Shown piece after piece: positions 33,701 through 45,473 of a stretch of DNA of 64,000 nt; the stretch's first letter is position 1; each line of letters opens with the position of its first letter. This DNA is from Bugula neritina (taxonomy: Eukaryota; Animalia; Bryozoa). The notes under the pieces were generated by a model. That model did no database searches. It saw nothing but the letters and a program-made list of their open reading frames with translations, and had not been told where the DNA came from. The stretch spans positions 13,692,642-13,756,641 of the forward strand of contig OZ037770.1 of the NCBI GenBank assembly GCA_964035545.1, written 5' to 3'. The position numbers were made by a program, and so were the translations under genes.

Positions 33701-36700
33701 TAGCGCCATTGCAATCATAAACTTGGTAAATGGTTCCCGGTTTAACGTCTTTAGATTTTGTAGCAACCAATGACTGTGAAGCTACCTCAAACACCACAAG
33801 CATTGACGGGTGGGTCAGGAGACGCCCTTAATGACAGTTCAGCTATAGTGAAAATACAGGATATTGCTGCTGCAAGAGATCATACACTATTACTAGGTAG
33901 TTAATTACAATGTAATTCATTTCATGTCACATACAGCTGGGAAACGTGTTAGTTTCATTGCTAAATAAACTTCCCATGAGAACTGCACATATTCAGGGTT
34001 GAGCTAAAATTCTTAATACTGCTATGGCATGTCTATAAAACAGTTTTAGTTTAATGTTAATATTTTGTGAAACACATTTCATATCTGTGGGAGTTGTCAC
34101 ATTAGTTTTATGGTTTTCTACTTCCAGGCAGCAATGGGAGAGTATACAGCTTTGGGAGCAATGACTTCAAGCAGCTGGGAATATACCCTGACCCCACTGA
34201 CAAGATTACAGAACCAAAGATGGTAACTTTATATTATAGTGTTTATTATATTACATTATATCTTTAGATATAATTTTTAAATACAAATCACAAAAAACAC
34301 AAGAGACCGTGTGATAGAAAGAGTTGTTAGAGGATTTCTTCGCTATTGTGACAAAGGAGCAATGATTATAATGTATATCTTTAGATATAAATCCTAATTA
34401 CAATTATAATAATGTAATAATATTACAATAACACTTGCGTGAGTTTATGGTCACCATCCATATGAGAACAGCTGATGAAAACAGTTTTTAAAGCAGGCTG
34501 AGGACTTATTTTCCTATTGTGAGAAATGAGCAATTGTGACTGGATGCTCTTCATAACATCTTTGACCTCTGACCTCATGTTTACTATTCATGCATTTTAA
34601 GCACTACACCACAACTGCTCTCTGTGATAATATGATCACAATTTTTGTGTGATGAGAAGTATTTTAGTTATTTTGGTTATTTATTATGGCTTCTGATTTT
34701 AGAATGTTTTAGAATTTTACCTTTGCATTACTGCTGGTATGCTTTTCAGATTTTTATTTTTAGTTTATTTTTAGGAGTTTATTATGAACTTGAGATATTT
34801 GCAATAACCAATAACCAATAAATAAGAATATCAATTTATTGTTATCTTTATTATTAATTATCAAACTATTTTAGTTCATTCACGGCCCATGATCAACATC
34901 ACATCACATGTCCCCACTTGTGAATCATGTCCTGCTTGGCTTATAACCTGTGAACCATACCCTGATTGGCTGGCTCATATTCTCTTACAGGTCAATGCCA
35001 AGCAGTTGATCAAAGGACCACCCATGAAGTTCATTGCTGCCGGAAGATTCCATTCGGTCGTAGCCAGCAGCACAACTGTGTATACGTTTGGTCTGAATTC
35101 AGGACAGCTGGGTCATGCCAAGGGAGATAGATATGTCCGGGTTAGTCTTCATATTCATTTCTATGAAACATAACCAACTTTCTGCTTTACCAAGTAGCCT
35201 CCTTATTTTCTGCTGTTTCATTATATATAATAAAATGAAAAGGAAAATTGTAAACCTAATTCTTAGTTTTAAATTTTCAAGCCAGCTTGGTGATCAAGCT
35301 GTTAAAACTAGCGTGCATTGAAAGTCAGCAATAATTACTATTAGCTTTATAGTACCAAGGATATTAGCATGAGCACGAAATTTCTTAAGAAACAAAATTG
35401 TTTGAGCATACAACTCTCAAGCAGTATGTAGATGATAGCTAATATTTTAATACTGCATAAATGAAGTGTGTCAGGTTTAATGCTATGACTCTGTGGTATA
35501 CAACAGTATGTTGGTAATCCTCTCTAGATGTACTCAATTTGTTTTCAATAGCCAAAGGTGGTGAGCTCTGTTAACATTCAAGACGGAAGTCAAGTTAGAC
35601 TAGTGGAGTGTTGTGACGCTGCCACTGTGGTTGTCATGTCAGCAGAACATAGAGAGGGGTTCTATGCCCTGTATAACTACACCACTAGATTCGTCAGCTT
35701 CAGGTATACACATCTTGTTAATATTTTTTTATATCATATAATAACTTGTTAACATTTTTTTCACTTTTATAACATAATAACTTGTTATAAGTTTCAATTT
35801 AGTTTATTCATTTAATATTAATATTATTCATACATATTGTATTTTCAAATTACAGCACAGTACTGAAAGCCAATCATACTATCTATTTTCATATAAAACT
35901 TTCAACTCAAAATCTTTTTGAATAAGACGACGACGACTGATTGTTTATTTCACTTGAGTTTTCACTACTGTACGTACTAGTAGTTATTATACATGGCACC
36001 ATTTTTTATATTACCAAAGGCAATATGTTTTTTATTTGTCATTTTTTGTATAAAAAACAAATAATTATTCCATGATTTTGTTTTTATTTTTATAAGAGGT
36101 GCAAAGTTTGATAAGAGAATAAGAATGCTGTCGGTCAGTGGTGGCAGACTTGACCATTCTATGCTGCCGGAATTACTTCAGGAGACTGGGGGAGCTGCTC
36201 TCAGAGTCTGCTGGGTCAACTATATAGGTCAAGTTAGTATTGCTGCCATACAGTGTAAATAGGTCAACTATATAGGTCAAGTTAGTATTGCTGCCATACA
36301 GTGTAAATAGGTCAACTATATAGGTCAAGTTAGTATTGCTGCCGTACAGTGTCAATAGGTCAACTATATAGGTCAAGTTAGTATTGCTGCCATACAGTAT
36401 AGATAGGTCAACTATATAGGTCAAGTTAGTATCGCTGCCATACAGTATAGATAGGTCAACTATATAGGTCAAGTTAGTATCGCTGCCATACAGTATAGAT
36501 AGGTCAACTATATAGGTCAAGTTAGTGTTGCTGCCATACAGTGTAAATAGGTCAGTTATAAGTCAAGCAGAGACCTCATACAACCCTCACAGTGTGACTG
36601 TTTTAGTTGTTACTCTGGGCTGAAGATGGAGGCGGAGTCATCAGGAGAGTGACCTATAACTCTCTGGGTAGACAACTCTCGCTCCTGCATGTCTGCTGTA

Positions 36701-39700
36701 GCCTCAGTGACCTGCTAGTCACTACAGATGAGGGTGGCGCCTACCTCCTCACTCCATCCGGCAAGAGCACAAACTCCCCATCAGGTGCTACTATTTTATA
36801 CTTTATAGTGTGAAAAGCTTTTCCTCTCTGAATTTCAAGTCTTAGCCCTAGTACCATGTGTTGTTTTACTTGGCTTCAGAGACGTCGAGGCTTGTCTCCT
36901 CCGTCCCCACCATCGATATGAAGATCAAGAGAATTCCTGGTGTGCACAGAGCTACCCAGTGTAGCATGGATCACAAATCTTGTAACTTTGCTATCTTACA
37001 AGCCAAAGAGTACACATGGTAAGCTGAGTTCCTACCTGGTATGGATATGAGGCTACAATTTAGTCAGTTCAGTATTGCAAGGCCACGTCTGTAGTTGCAT
37101 TCATTCCACATAACTGAACGCGATATTTTGTAATGCCTTTCCAATCATTGACAGCATAAATAAAGTTATGGAGTGAAAATACAATTAAATACTCCAGCTG
37201 ATTGAGTGATCTTCCAATCTATGCTAGTCTGGAACTGGTATAGAATATCAGGCCTGAGCTGTATATATAATAATGTTACTCTGTTGAATATATTGCAGTT
37301 TCTTTGCTGAAGTAGAAAGCTCTAGAATATCACAGGAGTTTTCTTCCCTGCTAGAGTCAGCTGACGAAATGGATGGAGTCAGCGATGTGGTTCTCAAGGT
37401 AAGCTAAGTCTCCTCTGTGTATTTCATATCTCACCTGCATTGCATTCACCTCCACATTCTGTCTCTCACCTGCATTGCATTCACCTCCACTTTTCGTATC
37501 TCACCTGCATTGCATTCACCTCCACTTTTCGTATCTCACCTGCATTGCTTTCTACAGATAGTTTACTGCATTTCTGGGAGACTGAAGATAAAATAGTCTT
37601 GTGCATAACAAGTTATGATAAATGTAAAATATTGTATAAAGTTTGGCTAAAATTTTAATACAAAGTGACTTGCCAATAAGCTAAGGAGTAATAGGACAAA
37701 ACTTTCACAACTCTTTGAGTGGAAATAGTTTGTGTCTGCTTTTGTTTAATGCTGATATTGAAAATATTTTAAATAGTTTTATTCTTTAATAAGGCTGTTG
37801 AACTTTCATGTTGGTTTATATTATTATTTTTATTTACTATTTAAACAAGTTTTCAAATTATTTTAGTGCAGTGGGGAGAGAATTGCTTGCCACAAATATA
37901 TTCTGGCTTCCAGAAGTAATTACTTTAGCAAAGTAATCTCAGAGTTGTCTGCCCCTAGCATAGTGGAGGATGAAGTATTCCACCCGCATATTCCTGTCTA
38001 TGAGATGCAAGAGATCACTGTCGATATAGAGCTCAAAACTCTCAAATTTATCCTTCGCTATATTTATACTGGAGTATTGGACAAAGAGTTACTCTCATCA
38101 AAGGGTATGCCTAAATAACGACTCTTATTCGAGATTGTAGTGGCTAACCCAACTGTGTATTTCTAAGAAAGGTGGTGTGGGCTTATGACCAACCCCCAAA
38201 CTTTCTAGTCAGTGTAACTCAAAGAACCTTGAGCTATTGTAATGGAATTTTAGTTTATTTATATTTCCTTGCTTTCATGTATGTTACATCTCATTTTTAC
38301 AATTAACATTTATTGTATTGCATGCACTGCACCCAACGTGATCTTGTGGCCAGAAAACATGGAATAATTGCATGTGAGACGACAACTCCATGCTAAATTC
38401 ATCATTATATTTAGCAGGGTGCTACCTCATTAATAATAATCAATAATGCTGTATATGTTTGTAAATAAATAAGAATTCAAGTCACTGCACCACAATATTT
38501 TTTTCTTCCAGATTCCCAGGCTACTCAAGTTAGAACTAAGCCTAAAACTAAACAAAAACTAAGTCGGGATAGTGAAGGGAAACAGGAACAGGAAATGATC
38601 CAGGAACTCTTTAAAAAATACGGTATCAAGTACAGACTGGGGTGAGAGCGTTAATGGATATCAATTGTTTTAAGTGTTCTTCCTTTTCATATAGCTAATG
38701 TTAATAGCACATTTTTACTTAATTTACTGTTTTATACTGTTATTCTTTGGTTCATCTTGCAAGTTTTGAATTGGAAAGAGAGGTTATAAATAGACTAAAA
38801 ACTATTTATAACCCAATATAATGACAGTTTGCTATTTCAATTGCAAACCTAACCTTCACACCTTGTGATAGGCTGTACGACTTCAGCTAATAATAATTGG
38901 TTGTATGACCTTCTAGTGCCCGCTCACCGGCTAGTCCAGCTCTCACAATGTCCAGCTACAGTAAACTGAGTGATGGCATCCTGACCTCATCTGACGGCAA
39001 AGAGTTCAAATGTCACAAGTGTGTGCTCGTGGCCCGCATGGAGTACTTTAGGACCATGTTCGCTGGGGATTGGTTCGAGGTTAGTACTGTGCTTGCTGTG
39101 TGCTGTCTCAAACTATATTGTATTCTCTCAGACTATGTTGTATTCTCTCAGACTCTCCTGGGTCATGTTACAGTGTCTTAAGAACAGTTATTTTTGATGA
39201 AATTACATGATTTATGCATCTAGCTAACTTTTCGAATGTATTTTGGCAAATTTATCTGCAAAAAGTTTGCTGTACATGTTTGGCAGTTTATTTTACTCTA
39301 AAAATATATCATAATATATTCTAATAGTATATTATATTATTTTCTAATTGTATATGATCTTCTAACAATGTATTATATTTTATTGTAATATAAAATGTTA
39401 TTTTTTAACAATACATTATATTATATTCTAATAATATACTCTATTATATTCTAATACGGTATTATATTCTAATAATATATTATATTATAATAATATACGG
39501 TATTATATTATAATAATATATTATATTATAATAATATACTATATTATATTCTAATAATATATTATATTATAATAATATACTATATTATATTCTAATAATA
39601 TATATTCTAATAATATATTGCCTCAAGTTTCTTTTGTCTCCATTGTTGACATCGAGTAACCAGTGAGAGTGCCATGTATTCCCTTGTGTTTACAGAGTGC

Positions 39701-42700
39701 CATGTATTCCCTTGTGTTTACAGAGTGCCATGTATTCCCTTGTGTTTACAGAGTGCCATGTATTCCCTTGTGTTTACAGAGTGCCATGTATTTCCTTATT
39801 TTTTCAGGGACAAGATAGAAAGGTCAGAATGGAGTTGCCCATCCCTGCAGATATCCTATCAGCTTTACTTCTATATGTCTACTCAGATGATTACTCACAC
39901 TTGAAGGGTGTGTCTACATACGTACTATTCTCTCTACTCTATGCTCTCTACTTGTAAACTGTAGTACTGTATGCGATGTTACATTGTATGTAGTTATATG
40001 TGCTATATTGTTAGTTTTTAGCTTATTCTTTCAGTTTAGCATCAATTGCTTTGGTGTTTCTATATGTTCATACAACCCTCAAACAGTTTGTAGATGACAA
40101 CTAAGATGTTTATTAGTAAATTTTAATTCCACATAAATGAAATGTGTCAGAGATTCCTTTAGGTTAGCATCTATTGCTTTATTGTCCGTATATGTCCAAG
40201 TAGCTATGTACATCATTTATCCATCATTAGTGACCAGGCAGTTTATCCATTAGCTCTCATTGGTTACAGAACATGACGTAGAGTTCATTGTAAATGTGAT
40301 GGTCGTGGCTGACCAGCTCTTGATCTCTAGACTCAAACAGATCTGCGAGAGTCTGATAGTCACTCAGCTGACTCTGGACAATGTGACACAAGTCTATGAA
40401 CTCGCTGACATATATCAAACTGTGCAGCTGAAGGTACCCCATGTTTTCTCTCTGCTTGTTAGTCTGTCTGTCTGTCAGTATGTCTGGCTGTCTGTCTGTC
40501 CGTCTCTCTCTCTCTCTCGGTTTGTTTGTGTGTGTGTGTGTGTTAGTCTGTTTGTCTGTCTGGTCATCTTTCTGTCTGTCTGTTTGTCTGTTGATGTGTG
40601 TGCTTAGGCTTTGCTCCATTCAACGAATACCTGACATAAAGTTCATCTACAATTGCAAAATAAATTATTCACTGTTGGATAAAAGATCATCCAATTGCAG
40701 ACTATCCAGCAAGAAAGTATTTAATTATAGATTAAGATAAAAGCTTTGGGACGATTCAGTCAAAATCTTATTTCATTATTTTGAAATGAAAAAATACTAG
40801 TTTGAACATCCAAGTTTGCGAGTGTGACAGTCAAGCTGTTGGTGGTTTCACAACAATTTTGTGTGTGTGAATTTTCATTCAATTGTTGTCTATTACTAAT
40901 CAGCGGGATGTCTCTCAGTTACTGAATTATTCAATGTTGTCTCAGGAAGCTGCGCAGATGATGATTTGTCTAAACATGGCTGAGATGTTGGAGTCGTCTT
41001 CCTTAGAGGAGTTGAATATAGAGTTGCTCATTGAGTTGACCAAGTATTACAGAAACAATTTGAGGTGCATTAGCAGACGATTCCTGGGCAAAGTCAGGTA
41101 AAGGAATTTTAATCTAAATCCTCTGTATGCACATTTAATCTACGCTATTTATATCATCCATTTCATTCCGCTACAGTTACAATAGCTCAGCTATTTGTAG
41201 TTGTTACGAGAAGTTGGTTCTTGTGAGTTTATTAACTGACTTACTTTCTATATACAGTGGGGGACCAACAGAAGATGATATGAATCAGGTTTTGAGGGAT
41301 GATGGGAAGGAGTCGTCTGCTTCTCTGAAGAGAACACGCAGACGTACTCGCACTTCCTCCAACTCGAGTGTAGAGACTGACGTGAAAGTTACAATGGAAG
41401 GTTAGTCAGCAGTTGGTTGAACAAAAGCATGCTCTTGGATGTGTAAGGTAGCAAAATAAGTGCCTACGTGACTGGCATTGCTTGTTATTCTAGAGTTGAA
41501 AATTGACACAAATGATTTTACTGGAGAGTTTGACTCACAGACAGACGATATTGTTTGCCCCGTTGCCGTGGTTACTGCACAACCACAGTCACCCGCTTCC
41601 ACTTCCTCCCCACAAGTATTCTCTAGCGAATCCATCTCTGTTATACCTGGCGGAGATTCTGAATCATCACAGGATGTTAGACAATCTAAGTCACCTGTTG
41701 AGAGGTATGTCACTGCATGGTAACACATCTATGGTATTGCTAGAGCACACACAGGTTTGGTACTGTTGCTAACAGATAGACTGGCAAATGGCTTTGAAAA
41801 TATTATATTTGTATTTAAATTTACTGTAGAATATCAACAGAGATTACTAATACTAGCTCGAGTTCTTCCAGTCAAAAGACAAAGTTAGATGAAACCTTGT
41901 CCCTTCGTCACATCATCAGTGAACAAGAGAAAAATGATGCTAAACACAATCAATCCAAGTAAATCCTACAAAACTCCGTATTATAGCTGAATACATTACA
42001 TTGATATTTGGGTCGAACATCGCAGTATTTAAGGGTGTGCTGTGTTCCAGTTCGACAGCCGTGATGGTAAATACTGTAGATTGTGTCATCTCAATACCAT
42101 ACTTTTTATCCAAAATTAGTTATTCAAATTATAGAAAAAGTTGTATTTAGACTGATTTTGATGTGTTGATTCTGAATTTGACCTCAGATGTTTTATGATA
42201 GCCTGCTGCCTCAATAATGTCGTATCAAGTCATTTCATTGCATAATTCAATAGCTCACTATTGAACTTTTTGCGGAAAACTGTTATAAATTTTCTTTTAG
42301 TATCAGGGTCAAAGACAAGAATTCCAGGCGAAGAAAGTACCGCTCTTTAGACGAGGTGCAGACGTCGCAATCTGAAAGTTGTCTCCAAGATTTGACTGTA
42401 GTCAGTCCCACCATACACAAACCCGCTTGGTAAGTGTCTGCTTTCTACTTTCTCTCCCTCCCTCCCTCCCTCCCTCCCTCCCTCCCTCCCTCCCTCCCTC
42501 CCTCTCTCTCTCTCTCATCTCACTCGTTGAATTTTAGCCTTGCCATGACATCATTCAGATTAGTTCAGAGTTAATCTAATATCGTGGTACTGTTTTATAA
42601 TGTATAGCATGCTGCTGTCATGATTCAGATGTAGTCTTCTGCTGAACACTTCTGTAATCTTCTTCGGTTTTTATAGGTCGATGAGCTCCTCAGCAACAGA

Positions 42701-43785
42701 ACCTCTATCACTGATGCAAGTGATGGAGAGAGAAAGAGCTCAACAAACTGCCACAAAACCATCCAAATCTCCAACACATTTCAAGCCGTCTTCAGGAGGC
42801 AAGACAACGTACGAGTAGTTGTCAACTAGTAATAAACTAATAGTCAACTAGTAATACACTAATAGTCAACTAGTAATACACTAATAGTCAACTGGTAATA
42901 AACTAATAGTCAACTAGTAATAAACTAGTAATCAACTAGTAATAAACTAGTAGTCAACTAGCAATAAACTAATAGTCAACTAGTAATAAACTAGTAGTCA
43001 ACTAGTAATAAACTAATAGTCAGCTAATCAGCAACTATCTCTTTCACCAGGTGATAACAGACTGTACTGCTCTTATATTACTTTTAGCTGGAGGCCACCC
43101 ACTGAAGTGACAAAGCCAGCTTGGAATCTGCCCAAATCTCCACCTCCTCAAACAACCAATCAAAATGAGAGTATTGAGTTCACAACCAATCAGCAATTGT
43201 CGCCTACATTTCCCTCTCCTCCTACTAAATTACAAGATATTATAACCCAGGAGAAGTTCCGTACCAAAGAGTTTCAAAGAAATGCCAACAAACCTTTAGT
43301 CAATGTTCAGGTAAGGCTATTAGCTGTGGCAATGGGGGGAGGGCTACTTAGTTTTATAGCCTGAAGCAATAAGGAATCACAGGCTATTTGAGACTGTAAA
43401 TCTTGAGGTTGTTATAAGTTTAGAGAGTAACATGTCGAGATTTTCCAGCCAGTTGGAAACTGCTTACCTATCTTTGCATTAAAATAGATTTGCAAGTGTA
43501 ACTTGGGGATTTATTGGTCTATTCTCTGTGTCAGTGTTAGGTTGAGCCAAGATCCATATTCTGTCTGTAAGCTGTACTCACTTCAAGGATGGGGTTGTCT
43601 TTGAGCTGTTTCTTAATTGCATAGCCTTAGAATCTGTGTTTGGTTTGTAGATAGAGCAGAGGGCTATTGAAGAGCTCACAGCTAAGTACATGTCAACTAA
43701 AAAGTCATGGGAGAGAGTTTCTGTAGAGAGGGTTGTAATGAGCGAAGCATCAGTTCCCTTGTGGAAAAACAGCAAGCATTCTTAG
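30716..43785 (+). CDS. IBTK: Inhibitor of Bruton tyrosine kinase (ankyrin repeats, RCC1 repeats, two BTB domains)
   Basis: CTFKCRSKQHA, DTYGRNLLHVAA, KDKESGWTPLHRAVFYGQI, VYTWGDNSNYTLGHG, VYTCGHGRGGRLGLG, IAAARDHT, CHKYILASRSNYF, CHKCVLVARMEYF, VADQLLISRLKQICE, C-terminal QIEQRAIEEL...VPLWK. Exons: 30716-30887, 31660-31796, 32091-32196, 32642-32766, 33242-33352, 33764-33896, 34128-34222, 34991-35140, 35552-35703, 36097-36232, 36607-36784, 36880-37018, 37299-37398, 37867-38104, 38512-38641, 38917-39079, 39808-39907, 40270-40433, 40946-41097, 41258-41400, 41494-41704, 42301-42429, 42677-42808, 43088-43310, 43651-43785 (TAG). Confidence 0.93.
36214..36553. repeat. 48-bp minisatellite, ~7 copies, starting inside IBTK exon 36097-36232
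   Basis: Unit GGTCAACTATATAGGTCAA|GTTAGTATTGCTGCCATACAGTGTAAATA contains 19 nt of exon plus the donor. Confidence 0.95.
37430..37547. repeat. 35-bp tandem repeat, ~3 copies (TCTCACCTGCATTGCATTCACCTCCACTTTTCGTA)
   Basis: Direct copies. Confidence 0.85.
39300..39620. repeat. AT-only low-complexity tract
   Basis: TATATTATATTCTAATAATA-like degenerate repeats. Confidence 0.8.
39667..39791. repeat. 28-bp tandem repeat, ~4.5 copies, abutting the acceptor of IBTK exon 39808
   Basis: AGAGTGCCATGTATTCCCTTGTGTTTAC. Each unit ends in pyrimidines plus ACAG. Confidence 0.9.
40460..40602. repeat. (GTCT)n/(CT)n/(GT)n compound microsatellite
   Basis: Visible. Confidence 0.85.
42450..42516. repeat. (CCCT)n/(CT)n microsatellite
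   Basis: Visible. Confidence 0.9.
42821..43022. repeat. 22-bp minisatellite, ~9 copies (GTCAACTAGTAATAAACTAATA)
   Basis: Direct copies starting 12 nt after the donor at 42809. Confidence 0.9.
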
Positions 43786-44098
43786 CGGATGGCTCATGAT
43801 GTCATTTCCTGTTACTCTACTGCAACAACTATGCTTTTTGCATATACTGCAATACTTATTATGTTTCTATATGACCATTTCTATGAATAGAATGCACATA
43901 TATGAATTTTTAAAGTGGATAATATAACAAGAAATAACTACTAATACTTTTTAAATTTTCAGAGATTTCACAATTGTTGGGATTTTTATGGGTTATACAG
44001 ATAGGCAATTGTTTTTTACTAATTTTCTACTTGTACAGTGCAGGTTTAACCTTGATGTGATTGCATGCACAACCGTCCACAACTGTACTCCAGAGCTA

Positions 44099-44104
44099 AA
44101 TAAA
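44099..44104 (+). terminator. Candidate IBTK polyadenylation signal AATAAA
   Basis: First AATAAA I found, ~315 nt after the IBTK stop. Confidence 0.4.
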
Positions 44105-44254
44105 TGTAATAGCAATCTTCTTATATAGATGCAAAAAATATAACGGACGATCATAATAAGTTTTGCTTTGTTGCTTTTACTGTCTATAAAACTTTAAAAG
44201 CTGGAGAGGAATAATGAGCATAAAGTTTTTTCATGAAACTACTAAAAAGTTAAT

Positions 44255-44300
44255 CTTTGGCGGAGTTGTTTCCTCTTGTGTTAACGTAGTCGCGAGTAAA
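44255..44300 (+). promoter_or_regulatory. Candidate MED14 promoter / non-coding first exon
   Basis: CpG-containing patch (GGCGGAG, ACGTAGTCGCGAG) ending at a possible donor AAA|GTAAAT (44301), followed by the same hexamer mosaic seen after the SIF and IBTK first exons. Confidence 0.35.
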
Positions 44301-45473
44301 GTAAATGTCAAGGCTACAACTTTTTTCACTGTATATTAATCAAATTCAATGTGAAGAAAAGTAAATAATAGTAGAGCTTGTGGCTTGTTCTTTAGTAGTT
44401 TTATTTCTGATTTCTAGTGAAGTCTGTATGTGAACTTACTGTAGAAATACCATAATTTTTAATTATAATGAAAATAAATTGAATTTTCAATTCTATTGGT
44501 ATTAGTAAATTTATTAGTAATACTGAACACTGAACAGTTACAATAACTCTTCAGTTACTGTTACACTAGTGACTAGTCAGTTATCACTTGTGACTTGATC
44601 TTATGAGTTATGACTTACTCAGTACTGTTAGTGTTACTGTTACTGTGAGTTCCTGTCACTGTCAGTCTTTCACTCTTACAGTTACTCTTACTTTACACTT
44701 ACAGTTAGTGTTACTCATACTGATACTCATACTGTTACAGTTACTTGAAAGTTGAAGTTCAAGTTGATCTTCAATTTAATTTTTATTTTATAATTACTTA
44801 TAGTTATAGAGTTATACTATTAGTGTTATACTCTTATAGTGTCTGTAGTGATAATATTATTATTAATAATAAATTAATCATCATTTACTTTGAGTTCTTG
44901 TTAATGTTGTTCAATGACCCATAAAGTTAGAAACAGGTGCTCATGCTATCACTAAAACTAAAAGTAAATCCAATAGTAATACTAATACTAATAGTAATAG
45001 TAATACTCATTGTAGCAGACTAAGTCTAATTGTAATATTAGTACTACTACCAGTACTAGTAATATCAGTATGATTGTGGATACCAATATCAATATGTATA
45101 ATAATATGATATGGTCATGTTCATGGTTATAGTGAATATGAATACTACTTTAGTACTATAGTTATTAAGATTGTCATAAAAATTATCATAAATTATGATT
45201 TATATAAATAATAAATATGTTACATGAATAATTGTAAATTGTGTAATATTAATTGTTGGCTTAGTGTTTAATTCACATAACTTGTCTGGCCATGTAACTG
45301 GTGTGCACTTCGATTTGCCCGTGAAATTTAGCTGTTGTTCTAGCCAAGTTAAGGAGTCATTTTTGTTATTTACATCCAATTTTTCTGTAAAGTTGTATTT
45401 CTACGCGTGCAATAAAATTGTAACAAAAGAACTCATACTCGCCATGTTTACAGGAGAGACTCAAACACCTGCC

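Noticed and set aside
36173-36520. 115-aa minus-strand ORF with 16-aa repeats
   Set aside because: Antisense reading of the 48-bp intronic minisatellite; no independent coding evidence.
41850-42240. Possible Helitron/MITE remnants in an IBTK intron
   Set aside because: Only vague motif resemblance; no terminal repeats or target-site duplication could be established.
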